Assembly (NCBI GenBank): GCA_963719085.1
Contig: CAVRAL010000004.1
Coordinates: forward strand, 1,152,001 to 1,216,000
Direction of reading: 5' to 3'
Source of the DNA: a candidate division FCPU426 bacterium
Lineage (GTDB): Bacteria; Oederibacteriota; Muellerivitia; Muellerivitales; Muellerivitaceae
DNA: 64,000 bases
Shown: positions 19,101 through 28,152 of the stretch, in pieces
Layout of the letters: each line of letters begins with the position of its first letter
Numbering within the stretch: position 1 is the stretch's first letter
Translations under genes and position numbers: made by a program
The notes under the pieces: generated by a model
Databases searched by the model: none
Seen by the model: only the letters and a program-made list of their open reading frames with translations
Told to the model about the DNA's origin: nothing

Positions 19101-19686
19101 GGACGTGGATGTTTACAACGAGGCGGGCGAAATCGTGGCGCACCTCGTCGACACGGTCACGGACCCCACGGGCAATCCCTTAACCAGCGTTTCCATTTCC
19201 AGCGACGTTTTGAGCCCCGGTTCGGGGTCCAACAGCCAGATCACTTTGACCGGTAATAACGGCCAAGTTTTGGCGACTTGGACCGGAACCAATGACGCGG
19301 GCCAAGCGGTGGCCACCGGAACCTACTTTATCGAGGTGCATGATGACGAGGGAAACAACGGGGGAGCGGACTTGGTCCAAACCGTGGTGGTGACGGGGGC
19401 GCCGACCGCGCCGGGAACTTTCAAGGCTTCGCCCAATCTATTGGGGGCCAACCAGACTTTCGTTCAATTCACGGATAATGACCCCTCCCAGGTCACCTTA
19501 CGCGTGAGTGTTTACGATGTGGCGGGGGAATTGGTGAAAAGTTTGACGGGGGACCCGGGGACCAACCTGGCCACCTGGGATACCACGGGATACGCCAGCG
19601 GACTTTATTTCGCCCGGGTGAGCGCGATCGACGCGGATGGCCATTCCCGGGGCGAGAAGATTTTGAAGATCATGCGGTTACGCTGA
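16126..19686 (+). CDS. Large secreted/surface protein: Cys-rich N-terminus, DUF11-like domains, Pro/Thr linker, C-terminal FlgD-Ig/CTD-like domains
   Basis: LxK..PGD.I.F.I.Y..D.LP.G repeats; about 200-aa T/P repeat; three YN/D.xGE.. W..T..G.Y modules. Confidence 0.8.
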   Translation: MPLATFQLIFRWVTRFGVNVPAIVVFFFVGLPIISPVGATITGLTIVSVNPAAPVPGAALTVIGSYCASYNGEPDDLFLATESASASIISCPSVTQQFLVDVNGIGRDENDPCGGNPSCTQAGYPVTNINTTPNTGGCTGGTFFNGVTFVVTVPSNLQYGTAYHLVFSGKDNGYQCSGPDPTLQQQNYPFTVSSPLGGSVSLNKSAESTAGALPGDQGALPGDLILFSINYTFVNRTTDSISDVLPPGVTLVQAQPAPAAEVGSTVTWTLPNANPEIQGSVYALVRVDANTPAGTVFSNTASYSSNNGTGTSNTVMATTGTPFTLTKSESSAGPLNPGQVITYTLAYQYNGSSLKFSDSYDYDSIGSSPTGANITGYDGTQYSTSAGTWIVTAGSGGDNYLHADGGGNYPQLLRTSSGGTTYCPFGGGAVSIYKVEGDLEVDPNNPCTKGCDASMVAFADCNQNAYLISISVDPYPSHFFIQKVSGANYVYGNGNAASSWVSTGLPAGPGDSYIINSGEFYTVDATIQPNGTGGVSFTLSIHPTNQAGTTLTYSLNDPNATDLPFTACGCGEVGWQVDNSIDEFANLKVFSADNLLNGSLTDPIPPGVTYQGSSTVNAGAPVIQSTGANALTWTYPNIPPLTGTKAITWWGTVACTGALGVTNTSYFNAANLSLPVTSNAVTALINCPTNTPTPTPTDTPTNTPTRTPTPTNTPTWTPTNTFTPTWTPTPTPTNTNTPTPTPTNTFTPTPTNTPTWTPTNTWTPLFSPTPTNTFTITPTFTPTNTWTPTDTITPTDTPTPTNTPTDTFTITPTVSVTNTFTFTPTFTPTNTWTPTNTPSPTNTWTPTFTATPTHTPTNTFTVTFTPTFTFTPTATHTVTPTPTVTPTSTAVGIVILVGIYNSVGELIEQFPEQTLPNGVQVFSLSPNAEITSLNGGVTIMVQGNPVASWNGTNPNGTPVINGQYYIKVDSVDNGSVNSVTQPVIVNRDLKHLDVDVYNEAGEIVAHLVDTVTDPTGNPLTSVSISSDVLSPGSGSNSQITLTGNNGQVLATWTGTNDAGQAVATGTYFIEVHDDEGNNGGADLVQTVVVTGAPTAPGTFKASPNLLGANQTFVQFTDNDPSQVTLRVSVYDVAGELVKSLTGDPGTNLATWDTTGYASGLYFARVSAIDADGHSRGEKILKIMRLR
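18187..18790 (+). repeat. Intragenic Pro/Thr low-complexity repeat (TPTNT[F/W/P])
   Basis: Degenerate 6/18-nt periodic repeats in frame. Confidence 0.9.
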
Positions 19687-19784
19687 AGTCGAAATCCCCC
19701 TTGGCCGTCCTGAGGCTTCGCGGGCGTCTTCCCGAGCGCTTCATGCTAGGATGTCCCATCTTTTTTATAGATGCCGACGAAAAT

Positions 19785-19849
19785 ACTAGAATGGATCGCC
19801 TTCCATTTTCATTGCGGGCAAAATAGTTTGGAAGGCGATCCATTCTAGT
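19785..19849. repeat. Perfect 21-bp inverted repeat with a 23-nt spacer
   Basis: ACTAGAATGGATCGCCTTCCA / TGGAAGGCGATCCATTCTAGT. Confidence 0.9.
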
Positions 19850-19878
19850 CATCATCCAGGCATCGATAAGGGGAATCC

Positions 19879-20118
19879 ATGGAATCCGACAATAAGACGG
19901 TTCATCAATCGACGATCAAGGTTAAAAGCGGGGAATACCGGTTTACGGTCAAGGACTCGCCCCGGTCAGGGCGCTATTTATTGATGGAAGATGTCCGGAT
20001 CAAGGACGGGAAATCCAGGGTTGAGCGGGTGGTGGTTTATCCCGAGCTCATCGAGGGTTTTGACGCGGAGTATCAAAAGGCGAAGGCTTTTATGATTCCG
20101 CCTCCGGCATCAACTTAA
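19879..20118 (+). CDS. PUR/DUF3276-like single-stranded nucleic-acid-binding protein
   Basis: Y.F.VK....GRYL.M.D...R.VVY.E..F pattern; AAGGGGA SD. Confidence 0.6.
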   Translation: MESDNKTVHQSTIKVKSGEYRFTVKDSPRSGRYLLMEDVRIKDGKSRVERVVVYPELIEGFDAEYQKAKAFMIPPPAST

Positions 20119-20126
20119 AAAAATTC

Positions 20127-20233
20127 TTTTACTACGAAGTACACGAAGTTCACAAAGTTAAAACAAGAGCATTTCTTTTGATTTGAAGAAAATTTAGCCT
20201 TACTTCGTGTACTTTGTGAACTTCGTGGTAAAA
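20127..20233. repeat. Palindromic element family B
   Basis: ACTACGAAGTACACGAAGTTCACAAAG ... CTTCGTGTACTTTGTGAACTTCGTGGTAAAA. Confidence 0.8.
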
Positions 20234-20252
20234 CGCCTTTTGTTGATTGATT

Positions 20253-20427
20253 TTAAACTTCTTGGCCTGCCGCCCAATCCCCGTAACGGCGTTTCGCCCG
20301 ATATCGGGCGAGTGCACGGGGACGGGCCGCCGGATGGATATATTTATACTTCCTGGCCGGCCGCCCAGCCCGACGCCCACTCCCACCGATAACCGCTTCG
20401 CCCAATCTTGGGCGAAATCGTAGGGAG
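20253..20427 (-). repeat. Two tandem units of hairpin plus displaced copy of the HI0933 gene's C-terminal codons
   Basis: 20344-20379 encodes WASGWAAGQEV*; 20253-20276 encodes WAAGQEV*; the gene ends WSSGWAAGQSV*. Confidence 0.8.
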
Positions 20428-20445
20428 GGTCATCGCAATGATATT

Positions 20446-21633
20446 TTATACCGATTGGCCTGCGGCCCATCCCGATGACCACGCCCACTGAAAGTTATAC
20501 CCTCCCAGCCAGCCGGTGACGTCGACGACTTCGCCGATAAAATAAAGTCCGGGGACTTTTTTCGATTCCATCGTCCGGGATGAGAGCTCATCCGTGTCCA
20601 CGCCGCCCCGGGTGACTTCGGCCTTGTTGTAACCCACCGTCGACTCCGGAACGATCACATAGTCTTGAATCGCGCGGCAAAAGGTTTCCAAGACCTTGTT
20701 GGAAAGGGTGGGCAGGGCCGCGCCCTCGGGCAGCTCCAATTCGCAGAGCCGATCGGCCAGGCGGTTGGGAAGTTTTTCCTTCAAGAGGGTCTTCACCTCG
20801 GATTTGGAACCTTTGCGTTTATAGTCCCAAAACCATTGGACAAGTTTGTCCGGGGTTTCACTCGGCACGAAATTTAAGTGAAGTTTGTTGTCCTGGCGCC
20901 AGTACAGGGAAATTTGCAGCGCCGCGGGGCCGCTGAGGCCCACATGGGTGAAGAGGATATTTTCCCGGAAAGAGGCGCTTCCGCAAGACACCAGGCAGTC
21001 GGTGGAAACGCCGGTGAGGTCCCCGAACTTTTTAAGGTCGGGGGCTTTTAATCGAAACCCATCCAGGGCCGGCGCCGGTTCCACGATCTTCAGCCCAAAT
21101 TGCCGGGCGATCTTATACCCAAAATCAGTGGCGCCGACTTTGGGAATCGAAAGCCCCCCGGTGGCGATGACGAGGGAGTTGGCGCGGAAGCTGTCTTTAT
21201 CGGTTTGGACGGTAAAGCCGTCGGTTTTCTCGATCGAGGTGATTGTGTGGCCCAGAAAAAACTCGGCCTTCGCCTGGCGGCACTCCTCGGTCAAAAGCGA
21301 GACGATATCCTTGGCCGAATAGTCGCAAAAAAGCTGGCCCAATTTTTTCTCGTGATGGGGAATTTTATGCGACTTGACCAATTTCAAGAAATCACCCGGG
21401 CCATAGCGGGACAGGGCCGATTTGACGAAATGGGGGTTTTGCGACAGGTAATTGTCGGGCCCGGCGCCGGTGTTGGTAAAATTACAGCGGCCCCCGCCCG
21501 AAATGAGGATCTTGGCGCCGACCTTTTCCGCGTGGTCGATCAAGGCCACCCGGCGTCCCCGTCTGCCCGCCTCCATGGCGCACATCATTCCGGCCCCGCC
21601 CGCGCCGATAATTAGAACCTCGAAATTTCGCAT
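20446..21633 (-). CDS. HI0933/BaiN (YhiN)-family flavoprotein
   Basis: IIGAGGAG, KILISGGGRCNFTN, ATGGLSIP, LFTHVGLSGPA, VTRGGV, GGYNFQWAW. Confidence 0.95.
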   Translation of the reverse strand: MRNFEVLIIGAGGAGMMCAMEAGRRGRRVALIDHAEKVGAKILISGGGRCNFTNTGAGPDNYLSQNPHFVKSALSRYGPGDFLKLVKSHKIPHHEKKLGQLFCDYSAKDIVSLLTEECRQAKAEFFLGHTITSIEKTDGFTVQTDKDSFRANSLVIATGGLSIPKVGATDFGYKIARQFGLKIVEPAPALDGFRLKAPDLKKFGDLTGVSTDCLVSCGSASFRENILFTHVGLSGPAALQISLYWRQDNKLHLNFVPSETPDKLVQWFWDYKRKGSKSEVKTLLKEKLPNRLADRLCELELPEGAALPTLSNKVLETFCRAIQDYVIVPESTVGYNKAEVTRGGVDTDELSSRTMESKKVPGLYFIGEVVDVTGWLGGYNFQWAWSSGWAAGQSV

Positions 21634-21772
21634 GCGGCATCTTACAGGATAAAAGCCCTTTTCCCACCGGGGAGAGGAAAAGGGTTTCCGAAACCGGCGG
21701 CTTCTTCTTTAGGCGCGGGCTTTGCCGGGGTCTATACTTCAGGTGAAGGCCTACTCGCTTTCCGGAGGACTT

Positions 21773-21982
21773 ATGAAGGAAAAAAGAAGGATTTGGCTGG
21801 TGATTCTCCTGATTTCAGCCCTGGCCCTGCCCGGCTTGGCTAAAACCAGCGCGCATGCCTCCAAATTGTCGAAGAGCGCGAAAACCCATTCGTCCCATAA
21901 AAGGACCCATCCCAAACCGCTGCCCAAGGTCGAAAGGGTCCAACACCCGATGGACGATGGTCCGCCGGCGGGCTGGCATTGA
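21773..21982 (+). CDS. Small exported basic protein
   Basis: GGAGG SD, signal peptide, downstream terminator. Confidence 0.55.
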   Translation: MKEKRRIWLVILLISALALPGLAKTSAHASKLSKSAKTHSSHKRTHPKPLPKVERVQHPMDDGPPAGWH

Positions 21983-22017
21983 TCTTTTCCTAAATAAAAC
22001 AGAATCCATTTGAGCTT

Positions 22018-22052
22018 AAAGGCGCCGGACTTGAAAGTCCGGTGCCTTTTTT
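22018..22052 (+). terminator. Intrinsic terminator
   Basis: AAAGGCGCCGGACT-TGAA-AGTCCGGTGCCTTTTTT. Confidence 0.8.
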
Positions 22053-22216
22053 GTTTTAGATGATTTTGATGGGGCTGGTTTACAACAAGTGTCTAAAAAT
22101 AGGCAAAAATAAAATTTAACATCGGCGTCATTGAATCGGGATATTGTTCGCGATTAAATTGGAGACGGTTCATTTCGCGAAACGGCATGAACCACCCATC
22201 ACTCGAGGAGGAACTT

Positions 22217-23005
22217 ATGCCCAAACCCATCGCCGTCCTGACGAGCCGGAAAATAAAACATTACGGATGGTCCCCGGACCTGCCCGACCACCGGGATCAT
22301 CTTTACGCCGCGCCCGCGGTCCATTTAGCCGCCCTTCCGCTCAAAGCCGACCTGCGGCCCGGCTGCCCGCCGGTTTATGACCAGGGGCAATTGGGAAGCT
22401 GTACCGCCAATTCCATCGCCGCCGCCGTGGAGTTTGACCAGATCAAACAAAGCCTGCCGTCGGTTTTTGTCCCCTCCCGGCTTTTTATTTATTACAACGA
22501 GCGGGCCATGGAAGGGACAGTTTCCCAAGACAGCGGCGCCCAAATCCGGGACGGCATCAAGGGCGTTGGAAAACTGGGCGTGTGCCCGGAAAAAGAATGG
22601 CCCTATGTCATCGCGAAGTTCGCGCAAAAACCTCCCTCAAGCTGTTACGGCGACGCGGTGCAGTACCGGGCGCTGAGCTATCAAAAAGTCGCGAGGGACC
22701 TGAACCAAATGAAGGGCTGTCTGGCTTCCGGTTATCCTTTTGTGTTCGGCTTCACCGTCTATCAAAGTTTTGAAAGCACCCAAGTGGCCAAAACCGGCTT
22801 GGTGCCTATGCCCGCACCCAGCGAGCAAACCCTGGGAGGCCACGCGGTCATGGCGGTCGGTTATGACGACAGCAAACAAGTGTTTATCGTGCGTAATTCT
22901 TGGGGCCCGGGTTGGGGCTTGAAAGGCTATTTCCTGATGCCTTACCTGTACCTCATGCATCCGGGGCTTTCGAGCGATTATTGGACGGTTCGTTTAGTGG
23001 GGTAG
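22217..23005 (+). CDS. Papain-like C1 cysteine peptidase (xylellain-like)
   Basis: DQGQLGSCTAN, GGHAV, RNSWG. Confidence 0.93.
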   Translation: MPKPIAVLTSRKIKHYGWSPDLPDHRDHLYAAPAVHLAALPLKADLRPGCPPVYDQGQLGSCTANSIAAAVEFDQIKQSLPSVFVPSRLFIYYNERAMEGTVSQDSGAQIRDGIKGVGKLGVCPEKEWPYVIAKFAQKPPSSCYGDAVQYRALSYQKVARDLNQMKGCLASGYPFVFGFTVYQSFESTQVAKTGLVPMPAPSEQTLGGHAVMAVGYDDSKQVFIVRNSWGPGWGLKGYFLMPYLYLMHPGLSSDYWTVRLVG

Positions 23006-23020
23006 GAAAAGACCGCATTT

Positions 23021-23110
23021 TTCACCGTCCAGACGCCAAGTTCGCCCAGAAAGATAAAAATCGCGTTTGACACATTTTTGTTTTTGATTTTCTTGGCGTC
23101 TTGGCGGTGA
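23021..23110. repeat. Palindromic element family A
   Basis: TTCACCGTCCAGACGCCAAG ... CTTGGCGTCTTGGCGGTGA. Confidence 0.75.
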
Positions 23111-23149
23111 TAGGGTGTTTCCGTAAATTCCCAAATTTAAGGAAAAACT

Positions 23150-23824
23150 ATGTCCAAGTCTTTCGCCAAGGCCGATGAAGCCGTCCAAAAGTATGTTCTT
23201 GAGACCTTTCATCCCGAGGACCCAATCCTTTTAGAAATCCGGGAAAGGGCCGCGAAAGAAGGCCTGCCGGACATCCACGTGGGGCCCATGGATGGTCTTC
23301 ACCTGGAAGTCATCGCCCGGGCTGTAGGCGCGAAAAAGATAGTCGAAATCGGGACCTTAGCCGGTTATTCGGGGGTTTGCCTGGCCCGGGCCCTGCCCAA
23401 AGACGGAAAACTTTATTGTTTTGAGTATGAGCCCAAGCACGCCCGGGTTTCCTTGGAATCCTTTAAGAAGGCCGGGTTTGAGGAACAGGTCGAAATTCAT
23501 GTGGGGCCGGCTTTGGAACAGCTGCCGAAAATAGAGGCCCAAGGGCCGTTCGACTTGGTCTTTATCGACGCCGATAAACCCGCTTACCCGGCTTATTTGG
23601 AATGGGCCATGAAGCATTTGCGGTTGGGGGGAGTCTTTTTGGGGGACAACACCTTTTCGGGCGGGCTCGTGGCGGACCCGGCCAACGAAACGCAAGGGCC
23701 CAAAACGGAAAGGGTCAAGGCGATCCGTGAGTTCAACCGAATGGCCGCCACGGATCCCCGCTTCCGCTCCACCGTCATCCCCACCGGCGAGGGGTTAACC
23801 ATGGGCGTTAAAATGAGGAACTGA
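23150..23824 (+). CDS. O-methyltransferase (caffeoyl-CoA/catechol OMT family)
   Basis: EIGTLAGYS, FDLVFIDADK, DN. Confidence 0.92.
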   Translation: MSKSFAKADEAVQKYVLETFHPEDPILLEIRERAAKEGLPDIHVGPMDGLHLEVIARAVGAKKIVEIGTLAGYSGVCLARALPKDGKLYCFEYEPKHARVSLESFKKAGFEEQVEIHVGPALEQLPKIEAQGPFDLVFIDADKPAYPAYLEWAMKHLRLGGVFLGDNTFSGGLVADPANETQGPKTERVKAIREFNRMAATDPRFRSTVIPTGEGLTMGVKMRN

Positions 23825-23828
23825 TTTC

Positions 23829-24521
23829 TTATTCGTCCTTTAATCGATAGCCGACGCCCGGTTCGGTCATCAGGTATTGGGGCCGGTTGGGATCGGGCTC
23901 AATTTTTTCCCGCAATTGATGGATATAGGTCCTGAGGTTTTGGGAGTCGTTGGACGTTCCCCAAATCTCGGTCAGTATTTGTTTTTGGGTGACCACCTTG
24001 CCGGCGTAGCGGACTAAAAGCGCCAGCACGTCGTATTCGTTGGGCGTGAGATGGACCGGTTTGTTTTTAACCAAGACCAGCCGTTTGTCCAAATCGACCT
24101 TCAGCCCCTTGGATTCAAAGAGCGCGGGCGCGCCCCCGGTTTTTTCTTTTTGCGCGTGGCGCAAGGCCACCCGGATGCGCGCTAAAAGCTCTCCCACGCT
24201 AAACGGCTTGGTGAGGTAATCGTCGGCCCCCGCGTCGAGCCCGGCGATCTTATCCCCGTCTTTGCCCCGGGCGGTGAGGATAATAACGGGAATCGCGGAG
24301 ACTTTCCGTAATTGTTTTAAAACCTCTAGGCCGTCCAGGCCGGGCAGGCCTAAATCCAAAAGGATGAGCTGGGGATGATGGGAGGCGGCCAGGGCCAGGC
24401 CTTCTTCCCCCTTGTCGGTTTCCACCACCTTGAAAGACTCGTTCGAAAGCGAGGCTTTCAAAAACCGGCGGATGGAGGCCTCGTCCTCAATGACTAGAAT
24501 GAGCTGTTTCTTGTCCGCCAC
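23829..24521 (-). CDS. kdpE: Response regulator KdpE
   Basis: REC plus winged helix, GADDYLTKPF, TEPGVGYR; follows kdpD; GTG start with GAGG SD. Confidence 0.93.
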   Translation of the reverse strand: MADKKQLILVIEDEASIRRFLKASLSNESFKVVETDKGEEGLALAASHHPQLILLDLGLPGLDGLEVLKQLRKVSAIPVIILTARGKDGDKIAGLDAGADDYLTKPFSVGELLARIRVALRHAQKEKTGGAPALFESKGLKVDLDKRLVLVKNKPVHLTPNEYDVLALLVRYAGKVVTQKQILTEIWGTSNDSQNLRTYIHQLREKIEPDPNRPQYLMTEPGVGYRLKDE

Positions 24522-24589
24522 GGAAAACCTCTTTTTGAAAGTCCGGCTTTTCAAAACATTCTATCAAAAGCGGCGGGAGCCCATCGGGG

Positions 24590-27256
24590 TCAGGCTTTAG
24601 GTTCCAGTGGGAGCGAGAATTGAAACACCGCGCCGCCGCCGGGCCGGTTGAAGGCCTCGATTTTTCCCTCGTGCAGGTCCAGGATTCCCTTGCAAACCGA
24701 AAGCCCCAAACCGGTTCCGCCTGCCAGGCGCTGGGCTTGGCCCCGGTAAAATTTATCGAAGACATGCGCCAAATCCTCCTCGTTCAATCCCGGGCCGCGG
24801 TCGAATACCTTGAGGGTCATCCAAGCGCCCTCCATTCCGACGGATAACTCAACGGGCGATGGGTCGGGGGTGTATTTGAGCGCGTTGTCCAAAAGATTAA
24901 CCAATACCTGCTCGATTAAAAGGCCGTCCATGGGGACGGCGGGCAGATCCTGGCGGGCCCGGATCTCAACGGTCCGCGAGCCGACTTGTTTTTCCAGCCG
25001 CCCCAACGCCGAGCCGATAATCTCGTTGATGTGGGTCTTTTCTTTTTTCGCCCGGATAGCGCCGGACTCGAGCCGCGTCATTTCGAGCAGGTTATTGACC
25101 AAACGGTTGAGCCTTTCCGATTCGCCGAAAATATTCTCTAAAAGTTCGTCCTGGGTCTTTTGGTCCATGCTTTTCCGGTTTTCCAAAAGACTGCTGGCCG
25201 AGCCCGCGATGGCGGCCAGCGGCGTGCGCAGGTCGTGGGAAACGGAGCTTAAGAGGGAACTGCGGAGCTTTTCGGTTTCCATGAGCACTTGGGTTTGCTT
25301 TTGTTTTTGTTCCAGCCGGTCGCTGGCCACGGCCAGGGCGCTTTGGTGGGCGAAGGCCTCCAGCAGGTGCAATTGTTCGGGGATGAAAAGCCGTTCCGGA
25401 TCCCGGGGTTTGACGCCCAGCGCCCCTACGGGCTCCCCGGAAGCCAGGAGCGGCACGTAAAGCGCCTCCGAGGCCGGCAAGGTATCCGTGCCGCGGCCGG
25501 CCACTTGGCCCAGGTCATAAGACCAATGGGCCACCCCCATTTCCTTGGCCGAAAGGGTGAAGTCCTCGCGGCTCCCGCACTGGACCTCCAATCGGCCATG
25601 GTCGTCGGGAAGCAAGGCGATGACATCGCTCTCAAAAACTTCCGCGATGTGGTTCACCGCGATCCTCAATAACTCTTGGGTGCCACGGTTGCCCGCCAAT
25701 TCCCGGGACAGGGCGTAAAGCGCGGCGGTCCGGCGCTCCCGGAGCCTTGAAAGTTTCGCCTGCCGCCTGACCCGCACCGTCAGGTTGCTGATGGAAAGGC
25801 CCACCAACAGCATGACCAGGAACATAAAAATGTACTGGGTGTCGGATACGGCGAAAGAAAAGCGGGGCGGCACGAAAAAGAAATCAAAGGCGATGACGCT
25901 TAAAAAAGAAGCCAGGGTGGAGGGGCCCAGGCTGAGCCTTGAGGAAACCGCCAGGATGCCCAAAAGATAAACCATGATGAGGTTGGCCAGGTCCACATGG
26001 GGGAAGAGCAGCCACGCCAGGCCCGTGCTGGCCAGCACGGATAGAACCGCCCCAAGATAAGGGAAGGGGTCCAGCGGTTTGGTTCCCGGAAGCGGGCGGG
26101 CGGGCGTTGAGTTTTTTTCCGTTCCGCTTTGGGTGACATAAATATCGATTTCGCCGCTGTCCCGAAGTAAAAGATCCACCGGGGAGGGTTTTAGGATGCG
26201 CCGCCAAAGCGAGGCCGAGGGTTTTCCGATGACGATCTGGGTGACGTTGCGCTCCCGGGCGTAGTTGAGGACTTCCTCGGCGAAGTTTTGCCCGCTGAGG
26301 GTGGCGGTCTCGGCGCCCAATTGCTCGGCCAGGCGCAAGTGCGCCACGGCTTGAGCCCGGGCTTCCTTGGAAAGGGCCGGCGCGGGGGTTTCCACCGTCA
26401 CCGCGATCCATTCGGATTTCAAGCCCTTGGCCATCCGGTGGGTGGTGCGTACCAGGCCGGCGGAGGCGGGGTTGGGGCCCACGCAAACCATCAGGCGCTC
26501 GCTGGTGGCCCAAGTCTGGGTGATGGCCTGGTCCTTACGGTAATCCTGCACCTGGTCATTGACCCGGTCGGCGGTGCGGCGCAGGGCGATTTCCCGAAGC
26601 GCGGTCAGGTTTCCTTTGCGGAAAAAGTTTTTCAGCGCCCTTTGCGCCTGTTCGGGCGCGTAGACCTTGCCCTCGGCCAGACGTTTTAAAAGATCGTCCG
26701 GCGGCAGGTCCACCAGTTCGACCTCGTCGGCCTCCTCCAAAACCGAGTCCGGCAGGGTTTCCCGCACCACCACGCCCGTGATCCGGGCCACGATGTCGTT
26801 GAGGCTTTCCAGATGCTGGACATTGAGGGTGGTGTAGACGTCGATGCCGCTGTCTAAAATTTCCAAAACGTCCTGCCAGCGCTTGGGGTGGCGGGTCCCT
26901 TTGGCGTTGGTATGGGCCAGTTCGTCGACTAAAAGAAGGCGGGGTTTCCGCTTCAGCGCCAAGTCCAGGTCGAATTCCCGCAGTTGGGTCCCATGGTATT
27001 CGACCGAAAGCGCGGGCAGAATTTCCAGGCCTTCCAACAGGGAGGCGGTTTCCCGGCGCCCGTGGGTTTCCACGATCCCCACCGCCACATCCACGCCGGC
27101 GGCCTTTTGGGCCCGGGCCGCTTCCAGCATGGCGTAGGTTTTCCCCACGCCGGGCGAGGCGCCGAAAAAGACCTTCAGCTTACCCCGGGATTTTTTTTGT
27201 TCCTCGGCCTTGACGCGGGACAGCAGGGCGTCCGGATCGGGTCTTTTGTTATTCAT
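24590..27256 (-). CDS. kdpD: Sensor histidine kinase KdpD
   Basis: GASPGVGKTYAML, VDELAHTN, USP domain, 4 TM, SHDLRTPL, HATPase. Confidence 0.97.
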   Translation of the reverse strand: MNNKRPDPDALLSRVKAEEQKKSRGKLKVFFGASPGVGKTYAMLEAARAQKAAGVDVAVGIVETHGRRETASLLEGLEILPALSVEYHGTQLREFDLDLALKRKPRLLLVDELAHTNAKGTRHPKRWQDVLEILDSGIDVYTTLNVQHLESLNDIVARITGVVVRETLPDSVLEEADEVELVDLPPDDLLKRLAEGKVYAPEQAQRALKNFFRKGNLTALREIALRRTADRVNDQVQDYRKDQAITQTWATSERLMVCVGPNPASAGLVRTTHRMAKGLKSEWIAVTVETPAPALSKEARAQAVAHLRLAEQLGAETATLSGQNFAEEVLNYARERNVTQIVIGKPSASLWRRILKPSPVDLLLRDSGEIDIYVTQSGTEKNSTPARPLPGTKPLDPFPYLGAVLSVLASTGLAWLLFPHVDLANLIMVYLLGILAVSSRLSLGPSTLASFLSVIAFDFFFVPPRFSFAVSDTQYIFMFLVMLLVGLSISNLTVRVRRQAKLSRLRERRTAALYALSRELAGNRGTQELLRIAVNHIAEVFESDVIALLPDDHGRLEVQCGSREDFTLSAKEMGVAHWSYDLGQVAGRGTDTLPASEALYVPLLASGEPVGALGVKPRDPERLFIPEQLHLLEAFAHQSALAVASDRLEQKQKQTQVLMETEKLRSSLLSSVSHDLRTPLAAIAGSASSLLENRKSMDQKTQDELLENIFGESERLNRLVNNLLEMTRLESGAIRAKKEKTHINEIIGSALGRLEKQVGSRTVEIRARQDLPAVPMDGLLIEQVLVNLLDNALKYTPDPSPVELSVGMEGAWMTLKVFDRGPGLNEEDLAHVFDKFYRGQAQRLAGGTGLGLSVCKGILDLHEGKIEAFNRPGGGAVFQFSLPLEPKA

Positions 27257-27283
27257 GGCTAAAACCTACCCCAAAATCTTGTT

Positions 27284-27364
27284 AACCACAGATTCACGCG
27301 GATGAATCGAAAGAGAAAAAGAAATTCGTGCTTTTTAAAGCCTTGTCCAAGCGCATCGGTGGTT
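27284..27364. repeat. Degenerate palindromic element (family C-like)
   Basis: AACCACAGATTCACGCGGATGAA ... GCGCATCGGTGGTT. Confidence 0.55.
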
Positions 27365-27380
27365 CCACATGATTTTAGCT

Positions 27381-27971
27381 TTATTTTGAAGATAAAGCGT
27401 CCAGGGCCAAGTTTAATTTCAACACGTTCACGCCTGGATCGCCGATGACGCCCAGCCACCTTCCCCGGGTATTTTGGGCGATCAGGGATTCCACCTGGGA
27501 AAGTTCCAGGCGGCGGATTTTAGCGACGCGCCCGGCCTGATATTCGGCCGCCGCGGGGCTGATCTCCGGGTCCAGACCTGAGCCGGAAGCCGTGACCAAA
27601 TCCATGGGCACGGGGGCTTGATGACCGGGGTCAGCTTTGCGAAGGGCGTCGACCCGCCCCTTGACCGCGTCCAAAAGAGCCTGGTTGGTAGGTCCCAGGT
27701 TCGAGCCGCTGGAAGCGGCCGCGTTATAACCCGTGGGACTGGTGGCGCTGGGCCGGCTCCAGAAATACTTGGGGTCGTCGAAAGTCTGGCCGATGAGTTC
27801 GGACCCGACGGTTTGGCCCTTGATTTGGATCAGGCTGCCAGCCGCTTGATGGGGAAAAAGAACCTGCCCTAAGACCGTGACGAGGCCCGGATACAAGAAT
27901 CCGGTGAGGATCGTGAAGGCCGCCAAAAAAACGGCGGATAAGCGAATTTGGGTTCCGATTTCTTTAAACAT
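27381..27971 (-). CDS. kdpC: K+-transporting ATPase subunit C
   Basis: [43 protein letters not shown]. Confidence 0.97.
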   Translation of the reverse strand: MFKEIGTQIRLSAVFLAAFTILTGFLYPGLVTVLGQVLFPHQAAGSLIQIKGQTVGSELIGQTFDDPKYFWSRPSATSPTGYNAAASSGSNLGPTNQALLDAVKGRVDALRKADPGHQAPVPMDLVTASGSGLDPEISPAAAEYQAGRVAKIRRLELSQVESLIAQNTRGRWLGVIGDPGVNVLKLNLALDALSSK

Positions 27972-27988
27972 TTTCGTCTCCTTTTTTT

Positions 27989-28143
27989 ACATGGATCAAC
28001 GCGGATGAACGCTGATAAAAGATTCCGAAATTCCATGTTTTTTTAAAATCCGCGTTCGCGTCGCTTCTCCGTATAACAGTTAGGGGAGAGCGACATTGCC
28101 CCGGGTATCTTTGACTTCGATTGGAATCCTGGGACATCATTGT
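27989..28143 (+). repeat. Palindromic element family C with nested two-hairpin module
   Basis: AACGCGGATGAACGCTGAT ... ATCCGCGTTC[GCGTCGC..GCGACATTGCCCCGGG..CCTGGGA]CATCATTGT. Confidence 0.8.
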
Positions 28144-28152
28144 TAATGATCC

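Noticed and set aside
20278..20427. Integron attC sites
   Set aside because: Only one TAAC/GTTA core per hairpin, no paired RYYYAAC/GTTRRRY ends, no cassettes or IntI
20150..20488. 112-aa and 61-aa ORFs across the intergenic region
   Set aside because: They run through palindromic elements and the displaced gene ends; no SD or protein motif
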